From: Macrostomum lignano | Lineage: Eukaryota | Length of the DNA: 64,000 nucleotides | Assembly: GCA_002269645.1 (NCBI GenBank) | Contig: NIVC01003365.1 | Span: 1-64,000 of the forward strand | Direction: 5' to 3' | Shown: one piece after another, positions 12,239 to 24,358 of the stretch | How positions within the stretch are numbered: the first letter of the stretch is position 1 | Layout of the letters: each line of letters opens with the position of its first letter | Translations under genes and position numbers: made by a program | Notes under the pieces: model-generated | Seen by the model: only the letters and a program-made list of their open reading frames with translations | Told to the model about the DNA's origin: nothing | Databases searched by the model: none

Positions 12239-13732
12239 TTTGTGTGAATGACTCATTTGCCTATGTTTTGCTTAATTGTAAGATTACACAAAAATCAGTG
12301 CTAGCGCTCTGTATAAGAATGGCCACTGGTCTAGGCCTGTCAACTTAAGCTAGTGGAGCCCGAGTAACCTATGACAAATGATACGTCATTCTGCTCGGTG
12401 ACACCAGGAAGCCGGGTATGGCAAAAAGAACGACACAAATTGGACTTGCGATAGGGGAGAACAAGCAAGGGCATAATTAGGGACTATTATATAAACTTGA
12501 GCTCATAAAGTGGAGTCGTATACAAAATCTATAAAACTAGTTGTAGCTTTGTACTATTTTTATTTGACTAATGATTGACTGGATTTTACGAGCTCTACAT
12601 AAAATTAACTTTTCCGTTTAGAGATAAACGGTCTGCGCTGTACAAAGGTTGCGTGCACTTGTTCAGCTTTTTCACTTCCACACCATCTAGCTGGGAATTC
12701 CGAGCCTAAGCTGCAATTGCATACTAAACTGTGGATGAGATAAGGCTGCCTGTGGATAAGGTTTTCCGTGTGTCTGTGGATGAGATTGTGTCTGTGTATG
12801 AGATTGTGTCTGTGGGTGAGATTGTGCCTGTGGGTGAGATTGTGTCTGTGGGTGAGATTGTGTCTGTGGATGAGATTGTGTCTGTGTATGAGATTGTGTC
12901 TGTGGATGAGATTGTGTCTGTGGATGAGATTGTGTCTGTGGATGAGATTGTGTATGAGATTGTGGCTGTGGATGAGATTGTGTCTGTGGATGAGATTGTG
13001 TCTGTGTATGAGATTGTGTCTGTGTATGAGATTGTGTCTGTGGATGAGATTGTGTCTGTGGATGAGATTGTGTCTGTGGATGAGATTGTGTCTGTGGATG
13101 AGATTGTGTCTGTGAATGAGATTGTGGCTGTGGATAAGATAGTGTCTGTGGATGAGATTGTGTCTGTGGATGAGATTGTGTCTGTGGATGAGATTGTGTC
13201 TGTGGATGAGATTGTGTCTGTGGATGAGATTGTGCCTGTGAATGAGATTGTGCCTGTGGATAAGTTTGTGTCTGTGGATGAGATTGTGTCTGTGGATGAG
13301 ATTGTGTCTGTGGATGAGATTGTGTCTGTGGATGAGATTGCGCCTGGATGAGATTGTGGCTGTGGATAAGATAGTGTCTGTGGATGAGATTGTGTCTGTG
13401 AATGAGATTGTGGCTGTGGATAAGATAGTGTCTGTGGATGAGATTGTGTCTGTGGATGAGATTGCGCCTGGATGAGATTGCGTCTGTGGATGAGATTGTG
13501 TCTGTGGATGAGATTGTGTCTGTGGATGAGATTGCGCCTGGATGAGATTATGTCTGTGGATGAGATTGTGTCTGTGGATGAGATTGTGTCTGTGGATGAG
13601 ATTCACATGTGGATTGGTCCGTTAGTGTCTTGGCATAGGAGAGTGTCATTAAAAAGTCAATGAACAATGAGGCTGAAGTGACAATTGTAATATGACTTTA
13701 GAGATGCGGAGATCACCTCCTAAACAACAATA

Positions 13733-13919
13733 TGTGGGACTCTGACTGACTGATCATTTACAGACTGTGGACTTCGTACTTTGTGTACATCGTTGCTCTT
13801 TCTCTATCCCCTCGTACAAGCCTATTCTCTGTCACAACCCCAATGCAATATGTGGTCTTGCTTAAGGTTGACTTTAATAAACTTTTGTCGCTACTGCGAG
13901 CTAAAGCTATTGACTTTCA
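13733..13919 (+). repeat. 5' LTR (187 bp)
   Basis: TGTGGGACTCTGAC...TTGACTTTCA. AATAAA at 13876-13881. Matches the 3' LTR with 6 substitutions, a 1-bp indel and a 19-bp indel. Confidence 0.92.
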
Positions 13920-13921
13920 AT

Positions 13922-13939
13922 TGGCGTCGCAAGCAGGAT
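13922..13939 (+). promoter_or_regulatory. Primer-binding site TGGCGTCGCAAGCAGGAT
   Basis: Begins with TGG 2 nt after the LTR end. The reverse complement ATCCTGCTTGCGACGCCA resembles a tRNA 3' end (Ser-like; identity not verified). Confidence 0.8.
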
Positions 13940-13944
13940 CGCGC

Positions 13945-15099
13945 ATGCCTGCATACTGCCAGAATATTAAGATACGAGATCAATTTGCCTTTGGAGAATG
14001 CGGACGAACTGCGAGCCTGGGTAGAAGTGTTCGACGCTCAGGCAATGTCCAAACGAGTCAAGATGAGGAGAACAACCTCGGCTTGACAGACGCATTTCTA
14101 GGATCCCTGGGCGTAAGTCAACTTATGAAGGTCAAACAGCTGGTGGCTCCAAAGAAGATCGCGGGAATGCGGTGGGAGGACATCAAGAAAATCCTTTTCA
14201 AGTATCTGGAGCCTAAGAAGAGACTTCTGATAGCCGAGAGGACAGCGTTCATGGCCATGAGACAAGCTGATGGAGAAACTGTGGCCGGCTTTACTGCCAG
14301 ATTGCGAGAACAGGCCATGGTTTGCGAGTTCGAGAAGTTCAAGGAAGAGCGGGCGGACCCGGCTGAGCAGCTGATCAAGATGCGCCTTATCGCTCGTCCA
14401 TTCAGCCAGGACACGAGAAACAAGGTTCTGGAGCGCGAGATGGCGCAAGAGCTGACTGTAGATCAGATCACTGAGTTTGTTCAGCAGCTGCAATTAGTCA
14501 ACGAGTTCACGACACCAACATCGGCAGCTCAGAACATCGGAGCATCAACTGAGCCAGCTGTGCATCAGGCAGTGTCACAAGAGCTGGAGCAGCAATCAAC
14601 TCACACTGTTCACCAGTTCAAGGGCAAGTGTGGAAGATGCGGCTTGGCTCAGCATCGTAACGTGTCAGAATGTGGGGCCTTGAAAACTGATTGCCACAAG
14701 TGCGGAAAGCAGGGACACTTTGCCAGGGCATGTCGCGGCACCTCCAAGGCGCACTTCACGGAGCCCGAAGCCAACCCGGATGAAGCTGTGTTTTTCTGCA
14801 CTAAAGGCAAGCCAGCTGACTTCTGCTTTGTGAAGATCAGCGGTAAGCAGGTGAAAATGGAGAGAGACAGCGGCGCCTCCTGCTCATTGATCTCCAAGAA
14901 AATCTGGATCGACTTTGAACGTCCAGCACTCAAGAAGCCGAAGTCACGCATGCTGTCATACGATGGTCACGTGATGAGACAGCTTGGCCTCCTAAAGTGC
15001 CTGGTGGAGACTGAAGGCAACAACGGGATATTTTCGACAATGGAACTCCCGGTTATGACTGTCACCAGCAGTTTGGTCTCCTGGGCCGGAATCTGCTAA
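13945..15099 (+). pseudogene. gag: Gag-protease of the LTR element (frameshifted)
   Basis: CGRCGLAQHRNVSEC and CHKCGKQGHFARAC knuckles; protease motif ERDSGASCSLI. The gag-like stretch ELRAWVEVFDAQ lies in another frame (about 14000-14060), and the frame shifts again near 15060-15100. Confidence 0.8.
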
Positions 15100-15110
15100 G
15101 CAGCTAGCAG

Positions 15111-17493
15111 ATGCACCATTCGGAGGAGGTGAGCAACAAATATCTGAAGTTGGCTGGAATCAAGGGCGCGGTTGGAGAGATCCGACTCAAGTCCAGCGCC
15201 GAGCCAGTGTTCCAACCGGCCCGTGAGCTTCCCATGGAATTGAAACCGCTGGTGAAGAAGGAACTCGACCTGATGGAGGCGGCTGGAATAGTTGAAAAAT
15301 TGAATTCATCGGAATGGGGCAGCCCGATCGTAGTCACCGCCAAGCCTGACCGGGAGACCGTGAGGATCTGCGGCGACTACACCGCCGTCAATCAGCTGAT
15401 TCAAGGCCAAACGTATCTCACACCCTCCATAGAGACGGCCTTTTCGAAGGTTGCCAACAAGAAGTTCTTCTGTCGCCTGGATCTGTCAGACGCCTACTAC
15501 CAGATTCTCCTGGATGAGCAGTCCAAGGCGGTCACCACCATCAACACCCCGTTCGGCTGCTACCGCTTCAACAGACTGCCCTACGGTATCGAGGTGTCAC
15601 CATCAGTCTTTCAGCGTGAGATGGAGAAACTGATCGGTGAGCATCCGAGTGTTATAACTTATCAAGATGATGTGCTGATTGGTGGGAGTTCTACGTTAGA
15701 GCTGCAGCAGATCAGGGAAAGTGTCTTGAGAAGACTGCGAGAGGACAATGTCAAAATTAACGAGTCAAAGTTCGTTATGGAGGCTAGCAGCCTGAAGTTT
15801 CTGGGGCACGTCATCGATGCAGAAGGCATCAAACCAGACCCAGGGATGGTTGAGAGAGTGCTACAGGCAGCCAGCCCCAAGAGTAAAAAGGACCTAGAGA
15901 AGTTTCTAGGACTCGCTCAGTTCTACGGCAGACTGATTCCCAACTTCTCCGAGCGCTGCCGAGTATTGCATGAGCTGAGAAGGAGCGACAGTGCATTCGA
16001 TTGGAGCCCGGCAGCCGAGGCTGCCTTTGCCGAAGTAAAAGCATGTCTTGCCTCCAAGCCGTGTGTCAAGCCATATGACATCAATGCACCAGTCTGCCTT
16101 CGAGTTGATGCTATAGCGAAAAATCCGTAGGTGCTGTTCTAACTCAAGCAGGTCACCCGGTGATGTACCTATCGAGGATGCTCACCTCCGCGGAGGCCAA
16201 TTACTCTAACATTGAAAGGGAAGCTCTAGCCATAGTTTGAGCAGTTGAGCGAGCGAAGAAAATGTTGATCAGGAAAAAATTTATCTTGCAAACGACCATG
16301 AACCTCTGAGATTTATTTCAACCCGAGCAAAAGCCTGTCAAAAACAGCTTCAGCTAGGCTGACTAGATGGGCCTCGAGACTCTGCATTCGATTACTCTGT
16401 GGAATACATTCCAGGAAAGCAGCTGCTGGATGCTGATGCCTTGTCAAGGCTCAACTATACTGCAGAAGTCGCTGAGGATGCGACGCATCAAACGGATTCA
16501 GTGTTGAGCGCCGATGACTGCGGTGCGTCTGGGCTGGTGACTCAGCGGGAGCTCCGGGAAGCCACCCTGAACTGCTCGGTGCTGAAGAGACTGCAACAGA
16601 GAATCCGAACCGGGCGTTGGGGTCAGGGTTCTCAGGTTGAGCGAACTTTCAAAGCCTGCAGAACTTCCCTGTCGATTGATAACGGCTTGGTGATCCATGG
16701 AACTCGAGTGGTACCTCCAGCAGTGCTTCGTCGGCGGATTCTGGAAGCTGCTCATGATGAAGTGCATCCTAGCTTTGAGAGCACTAAGGCCCACATCTGC
16801 AAGGAATTCTGGTGGCCTGGGGTGGATCGCGATGTGCGACAGTATGTGGAGAAGTGCAGGACATGCGCTGAGTCCCACCCGCTGTCTAATCGCAAAATCG
16901 ACATATGGCCACCGGAGACAACTCCATGGAGCCGCGTCCACATGGACCATTGCGAAGTCTCGGGAGTCGGCCTGCTGCTGCTACTGTCGGACGCTTACTC
17001 AGGCTGGCCTGAAGCCATTCAGGTTCCGGACAAGTCGACGGATACGGTCATGAGAGTCCTGAGAGCTGTCTTTGCTCGCAACGGTGTGCCGCAAACCTTA
17101 GTATCCGACAACGCACCAGAGTTTAAATCGACCCGGCTGTCTCAGTGGCTGGACTCGATGGGCTGCAGGGAGGTCCACACTCCGCCATATCACCCGGCAT
17201 CAAACGGACAGGCTGAACGGCTCGTAAGGAGCCTGAAGGACGGACTGAGAAACTGGAACCGAGTTGTTCCATTTCAACAATTCCTGCAGAAGCTGCTCCT
17301 GACCGTGAGGACTGGCCGGCCGAGTGGATCTAGACCAGCGTCACCAGACATCATGATGTGGGGGAGGAGGCTGCGCCATCCGCTATCAATGCCTGAGCAA
17401 GGCGGAGATGCTATCTGGTTTGGATGCGCCCAGAGACCGGACCAGTCAAGGCTGAGTTCGTGGTTCAGCATGGCCAAAGTACTGCTCTGGTGA
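15111..17493 (+). pseudogene. pol: Pol (RT-RNase H-integrase) of the LTR element, disrupted
   Basis: RT: SEWGSPIVV, RICGDY, LDLSDAYYQI, RLPYGI, TYQDDVLI (15660). RNase H: NYSNIEREALAIV with TGA at 16238 and frameshifts near 16120 and 16290. Integrase: H-X3-H...CRTC, WSRVHMD, VSDNAPEF, SNGQAER. Confidence 0.9.
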
Positions 17494-17765
17494 CCCCAAC
17501 TGATTTGCCGTCTGGAGGACTGCGGCTGGCCCACTGCAACCAATGGAGCGACGGTCCAGAGAATCAGGAGGCAGAGAATCAGGAGGATGACAGCACTGGC
17601 GAGCCTGAGCATCTGCAGCCCCCAGCTGGTCCATCGAAGATGGTTGTTCCGGCACCAGCTGACGAGCCGACGCATCAGAATGAAAGCGCGAATGCTGGTG
17701 GGCCTTCCTATGAGCTCCGACCAAGACATCCGGTCTGCTACAAGTGCTAGTTTGATGGGGGGCAG

Positions 17766-17972
17766 TGTTGGACTCTGACCGACTGATCATTTACAGACTG
17801 TGGAATTTGTACTTTGTGTACATCGTTGTTCTTTCTCTATCCCCTCGTGCAAGCCTATTCTCTGTCACCAACCCCAATGCAATGCTGCGATGCTTATTAA
17901 ATATGTGGTCTTGCTTAAGGTTGACTTTAATAAACTTTTGTCGCTACTGCGAGCTAAAGCTATTGACTTTCA
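17766..17972 (+). repeat. 3' LTR (207 bp)
   Basis: Preceded by the PPT GATGGGGGGCAG (17754-17765). TG...CA ends. Homologous to the 5' LTR. Confidence 0.92.
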
Positions 17973-20900
17973 ATTGACTTCCACTTTCAATTGACTCCAC
18001 TTTCAATTGACTTCCACTTTAGAGATGCGGAGATCACCTAAACAACAATATGGAAAACTCAAAATGCGCACTTGAGTCGGCCACTCTGAAGCATTTTATT
18101 TTTTTTGAAAAAAAACGTTATTGGGGGCCATTATGACAGGCGCGCAACTGGCATTTTGCCGCATCAATCAATCATTAAAATACGAGGGCGACCTCTCCGC
18201 GACGGCTCCGGCGCAGTCATTGTAGCTATTTGACAAATCGCTTGTCTGCTCCCGCAAAAAATAACTGACAGGTCGGGGGGTTGGGCCTGTCAGTTATTTT
18301 TTCTCTAACAGCGCTGCCAGATCCCATAGGGCAGCTGCATAGTAAATTACTTGAGTTTGGATGAAAATAAATACGAGTTAAAAATGCTCGGTTGTTCTGC
18401 GATTGTGTCTGTGAGTGAGATTGTGTTTGTGGATGAGATTGTGTCTGTGGATGAGATTGTGTCCGTGGAAAAGATTGTGTCTGTGGATGAGATTGTGTCC
18501 GTGGAAAAGATTGTGTCTGTGGATGAGATTGTGTCCGTGGAAAAGATTGTGTCTGTGGATGAGATTGTGTCCGTGGAAAATATTGTGTCTGAGGAAAAGA
18601 TTGTGTCTGTGGAAAAGATTGTGTCTGTGGAAAAGATTGTGTCCGTGGATGAGATTGTGTCTTGGATGAGATTGTGTCTGTGGAAAAGATTGTGTCTGAG
18701 GAAAAGATTGTGTCTGTGGAAAAGATTGTGTCTGTGGAAAGGGTTGTGTCTGTGTATGAGATTGTGTCTGTGGATGAGATTGTGTCTGTGGATAAGATTG
18801 TGTCTGTGGATGAGATTGTGTCTGTGGATGAGATTGTGCCTGGATGAGTTTGTGTCTGTGGATGAGATTGTATCTGTGGATGAGATTGTGGATGAGATTG
18901 TGTCTGTGGATGAGATTGTGTCTGTGGATAAGATTGTGTCTGTGGATGAGATTGTGTCTGTGGATAAGATTGTGTCTGTGGATGAGATTGTGTCTGTGGA
19001 TGAGATTGTGTCTGTGGATGAGATTGTGTCTGTGGATGAGATTGTGCCTGGATGAGATTGTGTCTGTGGATGAGATTGTGTCTGTGGATGAGATTCACAT
19101 GTGGATTGGTCCGTTAGTGTCTTGGCATAGGACAGTGTAATTAAACAAAGTCAATGAACAATGAGGCTGAAGTGACAATTGTAATATGACTTTAGACATG
19201 CGGAGATCACCTCCTAAACAACAATATGGAAAACTCAAAATGCGCACTAAGTCAGCCACTCTGAGGCATTTTATTTTTTTTGAAAAAAACGTTATTGAGG
19301 GCCATTACGACAGGCGCGCAGCTGGCATTTTGCCGCATCAATCAATCATTAAAATACGAGGGCGACCTCTCCGACGGCTCCGGCGCAGTCATTATAGCTA
19401 TTTGACAAATCGCTTGCCTGCTCCCGCAAAAAATAACTGACAGGTCGGGGGTTGGGCCTCCTGTCAGTTATTTTTTCTCTAACAGCGCTGCCAGATCCCA
19501 TGGGGCAGCTGCATAGTAAATTACTTGAGTTTGGATGAAAATAAATACGAGTCAAAAATGCTCGGTTGTTCTGCGATTGTGTCTGTGAGTGAGATTGTGT
19601 TTGTGGATGAGATTGTGTCTGTGGATGAGATTGTGTCCGTGGAAAAGATTGTGTCTGTGGATGAGATTGTGTCCGTGGAAAAGATTGTGTCTGTGGATGA
19701 GATTGTGTCCGTGGAAAAGATTGTGTCTGTGGATGAGATTGTGTCCGTGGAAAAGATTGTGTCTGTGGAAAAGATTGTGTCTGTGGAAAAGATTGTGTCC
19801 GTGGATGAGATTGTGTCTTGGATGAGATTGTGTCTGTGGAAAAGATTGTGTCTGAGGAAAAGATTGTGTCTGTGGAAAAGATTGTGTCTGTGGAAAGGAT
19901 TGTGTCTGTGTATGAGATTGTGTCCGTGGAAAAGATTGTGTCTGTGGAAAAGATTGTGTCTGTGGAAAGGGTTGTGTCTGTGTATGAGATTGTGCCTGGA
20001 TGAGATTGTGTCTGTGGATGAGATTGTATCTGAGGATGAGATTGTGGATGAGATTGTGTCTATGGATGAGATTGTGTCTGTGATGAGATTGTGCCTGGAT
20101 GAGATTGTGTCTGTGGATGAGATTGTGTCTGTGGATAAGATTGTGTCTGTGGATGAGATTGTGTCTGTGGATGAGATTGTGCCTGGATGAGATTGTGTCT
20201 GTGGATGAGATTGTATCTGTGGATGAGATTGTGGATGAGATTGTGTCTGTGGATGAGATTGTGTCTGTGGATAAGATTGTGTCTGTGGATGAGATTGTGT
20301 CTGTGGATGAGATTGTGTCTGTGGATAAGATTGTGTCTGTGGATGAGATTGTGTCTGTGGATGAGATTGTGTCTGTGGATGAGATTGTGTCTGTGGATGA
20401 GATTGTGTCTGTGGATGAGATTGTGCCTGGATGAGATTGTGTCTGTGGATGAGATTGTGTCTGTGGATGAGATTCACATGTGGATTGGTCCGTTAGTGTC
20501 TTGGCATAGGACAGTGTAATTAAACAAAGTCAGTGAACAATGAGGCTGAAGTGACAATTGTAATATGACTTTAGACATGCGGAGATCACCTCCTAAACAA
20601 CAATATGGAAAACTCAAAATGCGCACTAAGTCAGCCACTCTGAGGCATTTTATTTTTTTTGAAAAAAACGTTATTGAGGGCCATTACGACAGGCGCGCAG
20701 CTGGCATTTTGCCGCATCAATCAATCATTAAAATACGAGGGCGACCTCTCCGACGGCTCCGGCGCAGTCATTATAGCTATTTGACAAATCGCTTGTCTGC
20801 TCCCGCGGGGGGTTGGGCCTGTCAGTTATTTTTTCTCTATCAGCGCTGCCAGATCCCATGGGGCAGCTGCATAGTAAATTACTTGAGTTTGGATGAAAAT

Positions 20901-22046
20901 AAATACGAGTCAAAAATGCTCCGTTGTTGACGGAGGCGAGAAATCATGTAATGGTAGTTCGGTTAGCTGGAAGCCATGGAGGTCCAAAAGTAGAGTCTGG
21001 ATAAGCAACTCCTTCCCTGACTGACCCATTCTCCGGTGTTATGCCAACTACGAGTAAATCCTACTATCCTCCTAGAATGGAATCCCCCGCCCCCTCTGAC
21101 GATTTTTTTGCTGCGCCGGAACGAAGAAACGCGGGCACACGAAATTCAAAAACCCGGGCCAACTTCTTGTTGCGCATCTCCGTCAAACAAGAATCAAGGC
21201 CCATCGGACCGTCGAGATATTCAACGATTCTGACTGAAGGTCAGACTTTTCCTATAAGCGCCAGTGTATTCAGTACACCCGCGCCAATCAGCACTGCGCC
21301 TCAGTGCAGCCTTGCCAAGCCTCCAAATTTCATCAGCAAGTGGACCACACATGTGTCTGCATCAGCTCTGACTTTGTTGGCCACTGGCCTTCACCCAGGC
21401 GGAGCTTCTGGACCTTCAACAGGTGGCACCAGGTGACTTTGGACACCCTGTTGCGAATTTCTCGAGTTTCGCTGATCAAGCCTCGACTGCCGGACATGCT
21501 CAAGTAGCCTCTCAAGCATTCAGTCGTCATCCAGACGCGGCAAAAGTCTATGTCTATGGGCAATACCAAATCCACTGCTGCCAAATGCCAATTCTCAACT
21601 TGGTTGGCTCAACTATTAACTTGGCTGACAAAGGCAATAGTTAAACCACTGCCATGGCTTGCCAGCATTCGTGGTTATTCCACCAAGGGTTCAAGAGGCA
21701 CACTCCGCAATATCTGCAATTTATCGTTTTTAATTTCTAAAAAAAAATAGAATGCAGCCTTCTGTGGAATTTGTGGGAAAGAGTTGCCACCCGAGGGTCT
21801 CCAGAACTGCTGCTGTCAGTAGTGAAGCCATTTTCAGCCAGTTGGGGAGGGTTGCGGTGTCAGCTTGCCTCTTGGCCCTCTCCGATTGGAGGGATTGGTA
21901 TGATGAGGCCCGGGAATCCTCTGTGAGGATATAACTTGGCAAGAATGGATTCAATGAAGCTTTGCGGAGATCTCTTCAACTGCGCGGCTATTTGGAACTG
22001 GTTTGAAAAAAAACTTTTAGCCCAACTGCTTTCACGCCAACAAAGA

Positions 22047-24358
22047 ATGGCCGCAAGCAGAGGCAAAGTGGCCGAGGCTGTGCTCCGGTCCGTACTAGCC
22101 CGGCTCATGATGATGTTTCACGGTACTCTGTGCGTACTGCAGACCAATCCAATTCAGAAGCACAGCCTGCACTGGATTTTCATTGTGCCGCTGGCGCTGC
22201 TGCCAATTGAAGGCGTCGTCACCTGGAAAGTGCTCAAGGGCAAGGAATGGAAGTGGTAAGACATGCGGTTGTGCTTGTGCGATTCACCTCTACGAGCGTA
22301 CTAAGGGTCAAGATAGTGTGTGCGTGCCTGACGATTAGAGAATCAGGGCCGCTGTACACCCAGTGTGCAAGCGTATATGCACGTGTATCCGTGCTCAGGG
22401 GTCCCGAACAAGGGAAATGCATGTTTGACGACTTGACTCCTTGCTGGCTGCAGGTAAGCACATGCAACAGCTAGCTATGGAGCCATCACCACTCCTAACT
22501 CCTCGTTCAGGATTTGTCCGTGCGTTCTGCTCTACCTGATGGGAGTTATCCCGCCGGTGTGGCTAGCCGAGTTCGACATCGTGCTCATTCAGGAGATTCA
22601 GAACAGAACCGTGTTGGCCTCGGCCATGTCTGAGGATGCCGCCTACACGTCGGGTCACGAGAAGCGAAACATATCGGCGCATCCGGAGAAGGTGAGATCG
22701 CGTTTGTGCCTTTAAAGCGACTGGACTATAAAACAAGTGAGGGTAGCTTGGTCGAGTGATCAGTGAGTGAAACATGGTCTTTGTTCGAGTGACCAGTAAA
22801 GGGTGGATAATAATAACAATATTTGATTACACCTGCCCCAATTGCGCCAGATGTGCAACCGACAGCTCAGCCGCAGCTATTGCACGGCGCATCTGAAGGC
22901 TGCGTACGGCTGTTCAGTCCAAGGACTGGGGGGTTGCCACAGACACCCTCAAATACCCCAGCTAATGCTGGCACCCATTTTACAGCTGGGTGAACTGAAG
23001 CAATGCAGAGAGTTAGGTGTCTTGCTCAAGGACACAAATTGTTCCAGTAGGATCGGGAATCGAACCCCCGACCTTCAAGTTACGAATGCGACACTCTGAT
23101 CACTAGGCTGCAATCTCAGTGAGGGTTGGTTTTGACCAGAATCACTATAGTCAGTGAACTACCTGTGAACATGCCTGATCGGACATCTTATGAAACAAGA
23201 CTTACTTACTTACTTACTACTGACGGGGGGCGCAGGCGCCGCGAATAGGCCGCGAGGCCCCTATCGCAACCCCAAGGTAAAAGAGCACAAGGATTAGCCT
23301 TGGGGGTGCGCCCAGTCCCCGCCAGTAGTCGGCAGGTCTTACGCTCTGACCCATTATGTCTGACCCATTATGTCTGACCCATGATGTCTGACCCAATATG
23401 TCTGACCCATTATGTCTGACCCATTATGTCTGACCCATTATGTCTGACCCATTATGTCTGACCCATTATGTCTGACCCATTATGTCTGACCCATTATGTC
23501 TGACCCATTATGTCTGACCCATTATGTCTGACCCATTATGTCTGACCCATTATGTCTGACCCATTATGTCTGACCCATTATGTCTGACCCATTATGTCTG
23601 ACCCATTATGTCTGACCCATTATGTCTGACCCATTATGTCTGACCCATTATGTCTGACCCATTATGTCTGACCCATTATGTCTGACCCATTATGTCTGAC
23701 CCATTATGTCTGACCCAATTCGACAGTGGCTATTCGGATTCGAGACTGGGCTCAGCTTCCAAGCGGAGACGCGGAGACGCGCATCCTTATGGAGGAGATG
23801 ATGCTCCTGGTGCTCATCATCGGCCGCTGGGTGCTGCCGCGGCAGCAGATCAGCAAGGAGCAGAAATCCGCTCTACTCATTGGCTACATTGGCATGTCCG
23901 CCGACATTCTCGAACTGTACGAATACTTCAAGGAGGACTCGCTGAAGACCAACAAAAGCATCATCACCCTGCTGCTGCTGGCCTGGACCACCGCCATGGC
24001 CCAGTTCGTGTTCGTGTTCACCGCCCGTCGGCAAGTGGGCTCAGCGACCAGCTTCGGCAGTCTTGTGCTGAACACGGACATGTGGGCCATCGTGTGCAAC
24101 CTGCTGCTGCAGGACGCGCTCTTCCTGGTGATTCGTTTTTACCTGCTGGTCCAGTACAGGATCGTGAACGAGGCCAGCATTTTCTTCTTGGTGAAGAACA
24201 GCCTGCTGACGTTCCTGATCCTGCACCGCATCCAGTCGCTGGTGTCCGAGTGGCGTGCCGAGCGCAGAGCTGCTGTACACTCAGCCGCTGCCGCTGACTC
24301 AGAGGAGCAGGCGGCGGCGGCAGCTTTGAGCAAGTCGGATGAGGCCAACACTGCTTAG
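22047..24358 (+). CDS. TMEM26: TMEM26-like multi-pass membrane protein, about 330 aa, 3 exons
   Basis: Exons 22047-22255, 22511-22691 and 23756-24358 (exon 3 acceptor uncertain; 23727 is out of phase). Motifs recognised from TMEM26: LARLMMMFH..., KEWKW|ICPCVLLYL..IPPVWLAE, LLVLIIGRWVLP, YIGMSADILE, DMWAI..LLLQDALFLVIRFYL, FFLVKN. Confidence 0.85.
22807..23113 (-). mobile_element. tRNA-derived SINE with a CORE-like central domain (TMEM26 intron 2)
   Basis: The minus strand reads an A-box-like GCAGCCTAGTGATCAG, a B box GGTTCGATTCC (+ strand 23056-23066), then GTGTCCTTGAGCAAGACACCTAACTCTCTG...CACCCAGCTGTAAAATGGG (MIR/CORE-like), and a (TTA)n-type tail at 22807-22822. Confidence 0.75.
23200..23342 (-). 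mobile_element. Possible 3' fragment of a non-LTR (RTE-like) element or derived SINE
   Basis: GC-rich 120 bp with a CCCCAAGG/CCTTGGGG hairpin, ending on the minus strand in a (TAAG)n tail (ACTT repeats at about 23200-23220). Family assignment is inference only. Confidence 0.3.
23345..23717. repeat. 14-bp minisatellite (TCTGACCCATTATG)n, about 26 copies, abutting the TMEM26 exon 3 acceptor
   Basis: Direct reading. Confidence 0.97.

Larger units (their letters stand above)
13733..17972 (+). mobile_element. Full-length but degenerate Ty3/Gypsy LTR retrotransposon, Mag-like (4.24 kb)
   Basis: LTRs at 13733-13919 and 17766-17972 (TG...CA), PBS at 13922-13939, PPT at 17754-17765. Domain order is gag (twin zinc knuckles), PR (DSGAS), RT (YQDD), RNase H, then integrase (HHCC + DDE), which is the Ty3/Gypsy order. 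Short LTRs and twin knuckles suggest the Mag clade (inference). Confidence 0.93.
12671..20925. repeat. About 1.38-kb tandem macrosatellite: an 18-bp (GTGGATGAGATTGTGTCT)n block plus an ~480-bp unique linker, about 3 units, first linker interrupted by the LTR element
   Basis: The anchor TTCACATGTGGATTGGTCCGTTAGTGTCTTGGCATAGG recurs at about 13602, 19093 and 20472 (period 1379 between the last two). 18-bp blocks lie at about 12671-13604, 18400-19095 and 19575-20475. The linker is near-identical among copies. Confidence 0.9.

Noticed and set aside
12605-20519. HRHNLI / VDEIVS / MRLCLW repeat ORFs as metal-binding proteins
   Set aside because: An 18-bp unit is stop-free in most frames by construction. 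There are no splice signals or unique coding flanks.
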